64,000 bases of DNA. Source: Eledone cirrhosa. Its lineage: Eukaryota. The stretch's first letter is position 1; the number at the start of each line of letters is the position of its first letter. Of this stretch, positions 1 to 11,569 are shown one piece after another. The stretch spans positions 60,016,001-60,080,000 of the forward strand of contig OZ024747.1 in the NCBI GenBank assembly GCA_964016885.1, given 5' to 3'. The notes under the pieces were generated by a model. The model searched no databases. It saw only the letters and a list, made by a program, of their open reading frames with translations, and had not been told where the DNA came from. A program made the position numbers and the translations under genes.

Positions 1-1335
1 AAACAAACACTTAATATTCTTGGCCATCAATTTGTTTGCCATCAAAATGCAATGACCAATTTTCTAAGTATAGTATTTTCCCCATTTCTTCGAGTTTAAC
101 AGCTTCTTTTATACTAGATTTGTAAATACCAGATTGGGAAGGTGTCTCAACATCAATCCTTTCTTGAGATAATTGCTGACAAACGTTTGCTGCTTTGCTG
201 GTTCATAAGTTTGAAGATGTTACTAATTTGATTACAGTTTTGGTTTTGCTACACTTCTTTCGTTTTCTTGTAAATTGTTCTCCAGAACTTTTGGACACTT
301 CATATTCACTCTCTGCTTGGGTCTCTGACTCGGAAGTTGAGGTTGTTGTTGTTACTGTTGTTGTAGTTCACTCCAAAGCCACTTTTCTTCTTTTAGATGG
401 ATGAATAGTTTTGGAACTTGCAGTCATTCTAGTTATATATCCAACATGTCCTTTGTTTTCTATCTGAAAATGATATAACCGTCTGTCCTCCCTACACAGC
501 CATTCATCATTTTCTTCTGTGGTGTCAAAAATTTATGGATCATATTTTCCTCATTTCACACATTCATCGTAAGTGTTTAACACTTGATCCAGTTTTGCTT
601 GCATGACTTGAGTTGATAAACTTGGGAAATTTAATTTCTCTTGCCATAAACTTGTTACTTCTTTAGTGATTCTTTTATACATTCTTTCCTTCCTTTGATG
701 GATGCTCCAAGGAACAGATAGCAACCAACAATTTGTATTTTGAGTGGTATCGTGCTTGTTCTTTTTGTGGAACAGTTCTTATTTTCTTACGGGATTCTTG
801 AAATTTTATGGTATTCTTTTTTTTTATGTGATTCTTCCAATTTTATGAGATTTTTCGTCCAGATCTTTTTGTTTCTTTCAGTGGTAGAAGCAGTTATTTT
901 ATGAGACATTATGCTTAAAAACAGATACTTGGAAATCTTTCAGCAAATCAACAGTTTGCTTTCTCAGTCAGGAAGCTTGTATACTCTGAAAGAAAGAAAA
1001 ATATTTGATCATGAACACAACACACTTTTCCCATTCACCCCATCTAAATGACAACCCAACTACTGTTCATGCTTATATAGTCCCACAAAATGCACGTCAT
1101 AAATTTTCAGAAAGTTGTAGAAGGCTCCAAATAAGTTCTAGAAGTTTCCTGAAAATATTAGAAGGTGCCAGAAAGTCATAGTACTACTATACTTATATAC
1201 AATTTTAGAAATGTTATGTTGGTGGGTGACATTTAAAAAAAAACAAACAAAATTAAACCCCTCTTCATTATTTTTGAACAAAAGTTCATCGAATTATGAT
1301 ACAGGAAATCAATTATTTTACAAAAGGTCTTAACC

Positions 1336-1338
<3 letters not shown>
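1..1338 (-). mobile_element. Decayed DNA transposon (hATm-like transposase relic) running off the left window edge
   Basis: Manual minus-strand translation of about 690 down to 1 gives YKRITKEVTSLWQEKLNFPSLS...IFDTTEENDEWLCREDRRLYHFQ...ETPSQSGIYKS...WSLHFDGKQ, with several stops and a frameshift. The LW..K..P, FD....ED....Q and LH(W/F)DGK motifs recall hATm-type transposases (from memory). A putative terminus TAGGGTTAAG at 1338 abuts a (TA)n tract. Confidence 0.55.

Positions 1339-1405
<67 letters not shown>
1339..1405. repeat. (TA)n microsatellite
   Basis: Pure TA run. Confidence 0.95.
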
Positions 1406-1408
<3 letters not shown>

Positions 1409-2306
1409 TATTGTGGTCAAGTCTGTGGCCTGTTACATGAGAGTCTCTCTCAGATGTTACTGAGTCATCAGACAAAAGATCAGAATAGGCAATTTCTTCA
1501 TGGTACTTCCATTAATATGTATTGAATAATATATATAACTACCAACAGTTAAAATACCTTATTTCCCACTTAATAGAATTGCCATACCTTAAACATGATC
1601 AGACTTTCAGATAGTCATCAACATTAAAATTTCCTAAGCAGTAGCCATTTTGCTTACTTTCATGTGTTTTTACACTTATGCTACACACACATTTAAAGAT
1701 TTTAAGTTTTAGCATTTGAATAGATGGATATATTATGTGTTTAGATAATAAGGGCTGAAACACTCCCTTGAATGGGGTTTCTTCTTTGAAGAACTTCTGT
1801 CTAGTTCTCCTGAGAGTTTCTTACTACTGTTTAACATATCATAATTGAGTAGATATTGGGAATTTTGTAATGGGCTTTCAGTAATCAAGGAAATCTAGAT
1901 GACTGATCATATTCTGATATGTTTATGAACATTTTTGCCTATAAGATATCACACGCTTTCCTCCTCCTGAATCTTTTTAATAATTGGCAATTTGATACTC
2001 AGAGTTAAGATTTGAGAAAATTCATCTTACAATAGATGTACTCTACTCTATGTATGCAAACAGTCACCAATCCATACACAGACGTCCATACATACACACA
2101 GACATATATAGAAATATATATATATAATATATGAAAAATAAATATATATATATACACATAAATATATAATGTGTGTATATTCCGGGTTGAAAGTTATTCC
2201 GGGTTGAATCAGAGGTAACCACAGTAAGTAAGATAGTCAATGCATAGCAGAGTATAACAGTTTTAATATAGAAGAGCTTCTACAGGACTAGAACTGTTTC
2301 ATTTGG

Positions 2307-2359
2307 GAGCTCCCTGATGATTTCTCACGAATGAAACGGTTCTAGTCCTGTAGATCTTC
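2307..2359 (+). ncRNA. Type I hammerhead ribozyme-like motif (HHR-1)
   Basis: GAGCTCC, CTGATGA (2314-2320), TTTCtcacGAAT, GAAA (2333-2336), CGG...CTG, then TA (GUA site 2350-2352). The 3' strand of stem I is decayed here, but the inverted copy at 2267-2303 reads GAAGCTC, which nearly pairs with GAGCTCC. Confidence 0.55.
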
Positions 2360-3548
2360 TATATATATATATATATCTATCTAATGTATATGTATATATA
2401 TAATGTATAATGTATATGTATGTAATGTATATATATAATGTAATGTATAATGTATATATATATATATAATGTATATATATGTATGTATATATAATGTATT
2501 TATATATATGTATATATATATATATAAATATATATATGTAATGTGTATATATATGTAATGTGTATATATATATATGTAATGTGTATATATATATATATGT
2601 AATGTGTATATATATATGTAATGTGAATATATATATATATATATATATATGTAATGTATATATGCAAAAGTTCTATTTAAAATTGTTGGGATACAACAAG
2701 TAAATATTTTTATAACTGATATAAAGCACTCGACAAGTATTTGGAGTAGATATACGATATTAATAAATGGAAACTATATTTATAAAACCATATTTATTTC
2801 ATTATACATATTTCACTATCCAGATGGCTTCCAAAAACAATGGTTGCATTTTAATAGGGTACGTCAAAGCTTATTTGTAAAACTGTTATATATTGTATTT
2901 TGTCTGATGAAGGCATACCATAATTTAATTTGGTATCCCTGAAATATGTGTAATGAAATAAATATGGTTTTATAAATATAGTTTCCATTTATTAATATCG
3001 TATGTAATGTATATATATATATGTAATGTGTATATATATATGTAATGTGTATATATATATATATATATATGTAATGTGTATATATATGTAATGTGTATAT
3101 ATATATATATGTAATGTATATATATATATATGTAATGTATATATATATATGTAATGTATATATATATGTAATGTGTATATATATATGTAGTGTATATATA
3201 TATGTAGTGTATATATATATATATATGTAATGTGTATATATATATATGTAATGTGTATATGTATATATATATATGTGTGTAATATATATATATGTATATA
3301 TATATATGTGTGTAATGTATATATATATGTATATATATATATATATATGTGTAATGTATATATATATGTGTATATATGTAATGTGTATATATGTAATGTA
3401 TATATATATATGTATATGTAATGTATATATATGTATATATGTAATATATAAGTATATATGTAATATATATGTATATATGTAATGTATATATGTATATATG
3501 TAATGTATATATATATATGTAATGTATATATATATATATATATATGTA

Positions 3549-3589
<41 letters not shown>

Positions 3590-3980
3590 ATGTATATATA
3601 TATATATGTATATATGTAATATATATGTATATATGTAATATATATGTATATATGTAATGTATATATGTAATATATATATATGTAATGTATATATATATGT
3701 ACATTACATATATATATACATGCATACACACACATACATATATAATGCATATATATATATATATATGTATAAAACATACATTCATATTTATATATGTGTG
3801 TGTACATATAGGTGTGTGTGTGAGTATATATATATATATATATACCTGTGTGTGTATATATATATGTATATAAATATGTGTGTATGTTTGTATGTATGTA
3901 TTTATGTATGTATATAATGTATGTATGTATATATATATGTATATAATGTATATATCTATATATATATGTATGTATGTAAA
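2360..3980. repeat. Compound (TA)n/GTAATG low-complexity arrays, interrupted at about 2665-3000
   Basis: TA runs punctuated by GTAATGT; these produce the Y/I/H-rich ORFs. Confidence 0.9.
2896..2960 (+). ncRNA. Type I hammerhead ribozyme-like motif (HHR-2)
   Basis: Stem I TATTTTGT (2896-2903) pairs with ATGAAATA (2953-2960). Core CTGATGA at 2904-2910. Stem II AGGcATACCA/TGGTATcCCT. GAAA at 2941-2944. Self-complementary stem III ATATGTGT. GUA site at 2950-2952. Confidence 0.7.
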
Positions 3981-4189
3981 ATTTCAAATTATCATTATGA
4001 AAGTTTTCAGATGCGAGAAGCTTAAGATTAATCAGCTTTACCTCCTTCTGTCATCTAAAGTGTCCCATGTCAATCATAGTTTACTGTGAATTTAACTTAA
4101 GTGCTACTGACGATTTTATTTTTACTTTTATTTTATTTCTTATATTTATATTGTTTTTCTCTGTGTAGTGGGTCTCTGGTTTTTCTTAC

Positions 4190-4207
4190 CTGGCATTTTT
4201 ACTTTTC
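4190..4207 (-). CDS. Candidate start-codon exon end of an antisense gene (ATG CCA G|GTAAGA)
   Basis: Minus strand reads ...ttcttttctctgaagGAAAAGTAAAAATGCCAG|gtaaga, with a strong donor and an AAAATG context. No homology support. Confidence 0.25.
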
Positions 4208-4562
4208 CTTCAGAGAAAAGAAAGAGGAATTGATGTAAGGCTGTTGTTGTGGTTGTTGTTGTTGCTGCTGTTTGTTGGTGCTGCTGTTTGTTTGTGTCCT
4301 TAAGTTGGTAGATCGAGAGACATATAGATAGGTAAATAGAGAGAGAGAGAGAGGGAGAAAGAAAGAGAGAGAGAGGGAAAGAGAAGGATGATGTTGTAAT
4401 TGACATTACAACTATCAACTTAATGGTTAAATCTGACAATATTGGCGCCTCTTTGACTGATAGCAATGCTCCGATAAACTTGTCAAAATCTTATTGATTT
4501 CCATTCCACCGAGATCATGTATTTTTGCTCTCTCTTTCTCTTTCTCTCTCTGTGTGTGTGTG

Positions 4563-4618
<56 letters not shown>

Positions 4619-4987
4619 ATACACATATATATATAGCCTGAAATTAATATGTATGTATGCATATTGTAATAAGTGGAAATCCTAAAGGAAGGAGAAAAAA
4701 TCGAATACTGTTTTAAAATGGAATAAAAAGAAATTTAAATATGTTAAGTAACATGACAATATATATATATATATATATATATATACACCTACACATATAT
4801 TATATATATATAATCTGTATATGTATATGTATATATATATTATATATATATTATATATATATATATAATATATATATATAATATATATATATAATATATA
4901 TATATATAATATATATATAATATATATATATAATATATATATATATAATATATATATATAATATATATATATTATATATATTATATG

Positions 4988-5140
4988 TGGTGGATTGGCA
5001 GCATAGTTACGTCCCTTTACGATCTGAGTTCAAATCCCGCCGAGGTTGACTTTGCCTTTCATCCTTACGGGGTCGATAAAATAAAGTACCAGTAATGCAC
5101 TGGATAATTGCTGGCCTTGTGCCTAAAGTAGAAACAATTA
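4988..5140 (+). mobile_element. tRNA-headed SINE, family A
   Basis: B-box-like GAGTTCAAATCCC, core GCCTTTCATCCTTACGGGGTCGATAAAATAAAGTACCAG, tail GAAACAATTAT. Many copies in the window. Confidence 0.8.
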
Positions 5141-5604
5141 TATATATTATATATATATATTATATATATATTATATTATATATATGATATATATTATATA
5201 TATAAATATTATATATTATATATATATTATATATATATTATATATATATGATATATATTATATTTATATATATGATATATATTATATATATATGATATAT
5301 ATTATATATATATGATATATATTATATTTATATATATGATATATATTATATTTATATATATTATATATATATATTATATATATGTATTATATATACATGT
5401 TATATATTTATTATATTACACACACACATATATATATATAAACCAATTTGGAGGGATTGTTTGTCTGTGTATATGTGTGTTCATATGTTGATCAATAAGA
5501 GGAATAAGGTGTAACTGTAGATTTCATGTGTGCATATTTGTGTTAGTGTCTACATATTATTGCATGTATAATGTGTCTGTGTCCCCCTGCATTTGTGTAA
5601 TGGT

Positions 5605-6860
5605 ATCATCATTTTACGTCTGCTTTTCATCTTAGCATGGACTAGACAGACCGTCTTGTTCTGATACTAAAACAGGTCTATGAGTCTACATCTTGTTCAT
5701 ACATTCCTTATATGGCATGACCTCTATGGCAGAATGTTCTTACTAATGCCAACCTCTTTACAGGGTACACTGGTTGCATTTTATTATAGCATTGACACTA
5801 ACACTTTACAGAATGTACTAGTTGCATTTGACTGTGACATCAGCACTAACACTTCACAACGTGTACTGGATGTATCATATTGTGACACTAAAGTGAACAG
5901 TGATGGGAATGAGACACTGTAGAGTTTGAGAAAACTCCCAGTCTGGCTGTTCATATGACAGCCCATTCTGTGCAGGGGTTATAATAAAATGCACCCAGTA
6001 CACTTTGTAAAATGTTAGTGCTGGTACCACAGTGAAATGCAACCAGTACATTCTGTCAAGTGTTAGTGCTGGTGCTATGATAAAAGGATTCCAGTAAACT
6101 TTGTGCCACAATAAAATACCTCCAGTCCTCTCTGTAAAGTGGTAGTGCCAGTGCCATTATAAAATTCAGTTCATAAACTTGGAAAAGTGTAGCTTTAGTG
6201 TCACAGTAAGATGCACCCATCCCACTTTCTAAAGCAGTACTGCTGGTGGCACAATAAAATGCATCCAATACACTCTATAAAGTGGTAATGCCGATGCCAC
6301 AGTTAAATACACCTAGTACACCCTGTAAAGTGGTAATGCCTGTGCCACAATAAAATGCTGCTCATACACCCTGCAAAGTGGTAATGCTGATGCCACAGTT
6401 AAATACACCTAGTACACTCTGTAAAGTGGTAATGCCTGTGCCACAATAAAATGCAGCTCATACACCCTGTAAAGTGTTAGTAGTGATGTTATAATAAAAT
6501 GCACCCATCCCACTCTGTAATGTGATAGAACTGGTTCCATGTTAAAATACACTCAACCGACTGTGTAAAGTGATAGTACCGATGACACAGCAAAATGCAC
6601 CCTGTACACTGTGTGAAGTATTAGTGCTGATGCCATGATAAAATGCACCCAGTACACCCTGTAGAGTGGTAGTACTGATGCCATGAAAATTCACCCAGTA
6701 CACTCTGTAAAGTGTTTAGTATTGGGAAAGACATCCAACTATAGAAACTGGAATATATGAACAGGAAATCGCCTGTATAATCAGGATTGATTTGGCCACT
6801 GAACATGAATGCACATCTAACCCATTCCAGCTTGGAAAATGGATATAAAACAGTGATGAT
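5605..6860. repeat. Two divergently oriented RTE-UTR-derived elements carrying a degenerate 48-bp tandem array
   Basis: Repeated AAAATGCACCCAGTACACTCTGTAAAGTGGTAGTGCTG-like units at about 5975-6720. They end in a GGAAAGACATCC...TGATGAT tail. A reverse copy lies at about 5605-5920. Confidence 0.7.
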
Positions 6861-7269
6861 CTGTTTGTGTGTGTGTAAATGCATATTTTACATTATATAT
6901 TAAGTGTACTTGTATGGTTATATGTGTGTGTTTGTGCATGTGATTCCATATTTTGCAGTATATGTTTAGCTTAACTTTATGTATGCGATTACCTACAATT
7001 ATTAGACACATTCTACATATCATGGTTTCACAATTGTAAAGCATTGATATGTAGACCTGAGAATTAAGTTTTTATTCACTTTGCTGTTAATTCTATTGTC
7101 TAAATATAAATAGGGATTGTAATGAAATATTTACCCTACCACAGGGTTCTGGTCAGCTGCTGCTGGACACTGGACAAACTGTAAACTATAACTTAGTATT
7201 GACTTGAACTCTGTGACCTTGTCACCTCACTGGCACAGATGGGAGAGATTGGTTGGGGGAGAGGCTTAC

Positions 7270-7341
7270 CTTGGCTAGTTCTGTTGTGCTATGGGTAGTA
7301 GTTAGATGGTCAACTTCCTTCACATATTCACTTGCATGAAG
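7270..7341 (-). CDS. Candidate 72-bp antisense exon (LHASEYVKEVDHLTTTHSTTELAK)
   Basis: ctaattcacctctacag|CTT...AAG|gtaagc: branch-like CTAAT, a CAG acceptor and a strong donor. Length is a multiple of 3 and only frame 0 is open. Confidence 0.35.
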
Positions 7342-7695
7342 CTGTAGAGGTGAATTAGGGCTCACAAGGGAGAAGGCAAGAGCTTCAAAAACATTATCTT
7401 TGTCCGTTCCCTTGTCGTTTTAATTTGGATTGCCTCAACGACGTAACCTTATGTATTAGAGTTGTGTGATGAGATCATGGCACTGGTTGTGTGGAATTAG
7501 GTGGCTACTGTCGTCATTGAAATATGTATCCCAGCCTTATCTGTAAAGGACTTTAACATTTACAACTACTTCACATTTTCTTATTCTAAATATACTCCAT
7601 CATTCCCATGTGGAAAAAGTACATTGAGTACATGAATTGAATTGCATCAATGTTTACCATAAGTATATATATATATATATATACATATATATACA

Positions 7696-8098
7696 GAAGA
7701 CCCGCCTTGCCTAAGTACAAAGCGAAACCTACAGTCAGTAGGCACCTCTAACAAAAATACACCCCGGCCCCACTACCCCCGCCCCATCCACACCACCCCT
7801 TCCAATGTAAAGTTATGTTGGTACCACAGCATCCAGTCCGAAACAAATGAGGGCATGTAGGTGTCACAACAAAATACACACAGTCCACGCTGTAATGTGG
7901 CCGTGTAGGTAACACGGTAAAAACCTCCTAGTCCACACTGTAAATGTGGTTGGTGTTAGGAAGGGCATCCAGCCGTAGAAAACCCACCAGACAATGCTAT
8001 ACGAGCAAGACAACCAATCTTGCCTCAAGTGGGAAAATTCCCGTCCAAACCCATGCTAGCGTGGAAGATGAACGTTAAACGATGACGATGATGATGAT
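7696..8098 (+). mobile_element. 5'-truncated RTE LINE family B (last codons, 3' UTR and (GAT)n tail)
   Basis: Starts AAGACCCGCCTTGCCTAA (KTRLA*), matching the ORF end at 58285, and continues with the same UTR. Confidence 0.8.
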
Positions 8099-8424
8099 AT
8101 ATATACATACACAGACACACACCTCACACATATATATTTGTGTGTATATATATCTTACATTATATGTTGGTCATATCTGTATTTCTATGCAGGAATACAA
8201 AATGTCTTCTGTATGAAAATAATGTTTGTCTTCAGAATTACAATTCAAATCCTGTAGATTTGTAGTATTTACAAGTTGTGTTTAATCAATATTTCATGCC
8301 AGATATTGATTTGATCAACAACAACCTGTAGGTGAGGATAATGGTGATGGTAGGGGTGGAGACGATTGTGGCAAAAGCAGTAAACTATATATGTGTATGT
8401 GTGTGTGTGTTCATGCACACAGAT

Positions 8425-8474
<50 letters not shown>

Positions 8475-8476
<2 letters not shown>

Positions 8477-8639
8477 GTAAATGTGGTTGGTGTTAGGAAG
8501 GGCATCCAACTGTAGAAAACCTGCCAGACAGTCCTATGCGAGCAAGACAACCACTCTTGCCTCAAGTGGGAAAAACCCCCGTCCAAACCCATGCAAGCGT
8601 GGAACAGGGACGTTAAACGATGATGATGATGATGATGAT
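8475..8639 (+). mobile_element. RTE family B 3' UTR fragment
   Basis: GGTGTTAGGAAGGGCATCC...GACGTTAAACGATGATGAT, embedded in (TA)n. Confidence 0.8.
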
Positions 8640-8648
8640 ATATATATT

Positions 8649-8724
8649 TATTAAGGTGTTCGTTCCAACATAGCTGTATACATATATGTATGTATACAAC
8701 TATGTTGGAACGAACACCTTAATA
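8649..8724. repeat. Perfect 25-bp-arm palindrome/hairpin
   Basis: TATTAAGGTGTTCGTTCCAACATAG (8649-8673) is the exact reverse complement of 8700-8724. The centre is also nearly palindromic. Confidence 0.9.
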
Positions 8725-8726
8725 CA

Positions 8727-8812
<86 letters not shown>

Positions 8813-8955
8813 TATATATATATATTTATATATATATATTTATATATATATATTTATATATATATATATATATTTGTATATATATATATATATTTGTATA
8901 TATATATATATATATAGAAGTTCGTGAACAAACAAACAAACAGACAGGAACTACA

Positions 8956-9024
<69 letters not shown>

Positions 9025-9028
<4 letters not shown>

Positions 9029-10043
9029 CTGTTTGATTGTTTGTTCACGAACTACTTCTATGGTTTTGGAGATAGATCCCCATAACCATATATATTCTGA
9101 AACTACATTGCCCAGGGTACTTGGATATGTATATTTCATTTTAATCAACCTCTGCTGAAAATCAACCCCTGCTGAAAATCTTTTCCCTTCGATTTATATG
9201 AAATTTAAACCATAGGTAAATGACAATGTATGATGCCTATTCACAAAATGTCAGTAAATTCCAATAATATTAAGACACCCTAATGTGAGTTAAACCCCCA
9301 ATAGTGAACATTTTGGCCAATAAATGGAACAAGATGTGTTGTAACAAGATTGCATGAGAACTTGATTGAAGCAACCATTATATTCGGAGCTTACAAAGGT
9401 CAAGCTCTTCTCATTCAGAGGATTCCACTTATATCAAGTGATAGCGAATTGCCTTTTACATTTAAGAGGCTGCAATTCCCAGTGAGGCCATGCTTTGCCA
9501 TGAGCATCAATAAGAGTCAAGGTCAAACTTTCAAAACTATTGGTATAGATCAGACAAAAGCCATGCTTCAGTCATGGCACGTTTTATGTGGCTGTTTCAA
9601 GGACTGGAACTTCAAAAAGATCTCTACATTTTAGCCAATCAAACAAAGACAAGAAATGTCGTTTACCCTGAAGTTCTTCATTAGGACAAAGTATGAAATA
9701 TATTTTTATATATTTATTAAGTTAGAAAATAAATAATTAAACTTTGAATTTCTAATTTGAAAATAATGCTTTACACAAAAATGAAATGATCAAGGTTTGA
9801 ATTGATATTTTGAAAAATATTATTTACAAGAAACAAAATAAGAATAAGATTTAATAATGTAATTTTGATTTGATATAATACAAAAAATAATGTTATACAA
9901 TTTTTCATGCATTACATTTTACATTGAGTAATATTGAAATGCAGAGTTTTTCTCCATAAATTATATCACTGATTTAAAATCAATCATTTTCTTACAAAAA
10001 GAAAAATGTGTGAAACACAGCAATGCGCAGGTAATTTGGCTAG
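9025..10043 (+). mobile_element. Internally deleted Helitron carrying a PIF1-like helicase C-terminal fragment
   Basis: ORF 9350-9634 reads RIPLISSDSELPFTFKRLQFPVRPCFAMSINKSQGQT, then after a frameshift PCFSHGTFYVAVSR (helicase motifs V/VI). The 3' end has a GC-richer stretch followed by CTAG (10040-10043) and T. Confidence 0.85.
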
Positions 10044-10195
10044 TATATATATAAATATATATATGCATACATACCTACACACACACACACACATATATAT
10101 AAATACATACATATATACACACATACATATATACACTCAAATACAAATATATATATATGCACACACACACACCCACACATGTGTGTATATGTATG

Positions 10196-10235
<40 letters not shown>

Positions 10236-10392
10236 GAAAAATTGAACAGGAACAAAACAGAGAGGCAGTACAACGAATGTTTATTATATATATATATATA
10301 TATATGAGTCCCAGGTTCAATCGAGGGTAATCACAGTGAGTAAGGTACTCAATACATTAGTAGAGTGTAAACATCATGTTTAATATAGAAAT

Positions 10393-10440
10393 GGCTCCTA
10401 CAGGATTAGAACTGTTTCATTCAAAATCATCAGGAAAGCC
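10393..10440 (-). ncRNA. Type I hammerhead ribozyme-like motif (HHR-3), same family as HHR-1
   Basis: Minus strand: GGCTTTC, CTGATGA, TTTTGAAT, GAAA, CAG ttctaatc CTG, TA, GGAGCC. A degenerate head-to-head copy CTGACGA starts at 10441. The flank 10309-10392 is homologous to about 2180-2270. Confidence 0.6.
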
Positions 10441-10496
10441 CTGACGATTTTTTAAAAATCATAGTTCTAGTCTTGTTGAAGCCATTTCTATATTAA

Positions 10497-10717
10497 CCCT
10501 TTAGCATTTACATTACTCTATATTTACTATTGTATTTTCACAGTAAAAGCTTTATCTTACATAGTTATCTCATGTAATAGTGAATCTATGAGATTTTGAT
10601 GTTAGTTATTTTGAGAACAATACCTTAACATCAGTGTGAGTGACCTGTTACAGCCAATTTGAACAGAAAGCGGTGAGAGAATTCTGGCTGGATATGGTCA
10701 GTTTAAATGCTAAAGGG
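10497..10717. mobile_element. piggyBac-type MITE, family 1
   Basis: TTAA at 10493-10496 and 10718-10721; TIR CCCTTTAGCATTTA. Confidence 0.85.
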
Positions 10718-10931
10718 TTAAGCATGATGTGTGGTGTGTGTAAACAGATTGGAAATTGAAACTGTCTTACTAAAAATATATAATAATTAGGTATGTATCT
10801 GTAGCTTATTTGTATTTTGGCATATATGTTCTATTATGTATACACTTGTACATATATAAATGCATGTCTTTGTATATATATATCTCACTTTGTCCTTTAC
10901 TCTCTATCCCTTTGCACTCTCAAGCAGTTTT

Positions 10932-11330
10932 TAACCCTTTCATGACTGAATTTCTAACGAAATAGAATTTATTTCAATTAATTAATGAAGATTTTTGAGG
11001 GATTTTCTAAAATGATTAATTATTTCATTACTAAAGTGGTAACTTAATGTAAGGTTCTTGTATAAAATTATGTTGGAAGATTTTTATTTAAATTGAAAGC
11101 CTTTAAAACTGGTGATTCTATTTCATAGAACCAGAGTTTGTTTGGTCTTGTTGATAACTAATGGGTTATATAGCAACCCTTTTAAGTGGGTGGTTTTATT
11201 TCAAAGAACCAGAGATGGTTTTGGCCTGGTTAGTAACTAAAGGGTTAAATAGCAACTCTTTAAAATTGGCTGGTTTTATTTCGTAGAACCTGAGCTGGTT
11301 TTGGCTGGGTTGATAACTAAATGGTTAAAC
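10932..11330. mobile_element. piggyBac-type MITE, family 2, with a tandemly repeated 3' end
   Basis: TTAACCCTTTCATGAC...AACTAAAGGGTTAA, with the terminal ~80 bp present three times. Relatives at about 32685-33170, 50655-50791 and 55583-55815. Confidence 0.65.
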
Positions 11331-11569
11331 AATGTTGATTTCACTTTTGTCATAACTGTATAATATAACCTCAAAATTTAAAACCAATATCACTGAGAAT
11401 AATATCCTAAAGCCAAATAACAATTTCGTGTATTAAGGCTACATTTACAACCTACAAAACTATTGTTATAGTCAATAATATATTTTTTATATATAATGTA
11501 GTAGTATATGATAGAATGGTACATATGATATTCTGGTAAGATACTTCAATAATATATATATATATATAT

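Noticed and set aside
9350-9634. Host PIF1 helicase gene
   Set aside because: Frameshifted, intronless fragment with a Helitron CTAG terminus.
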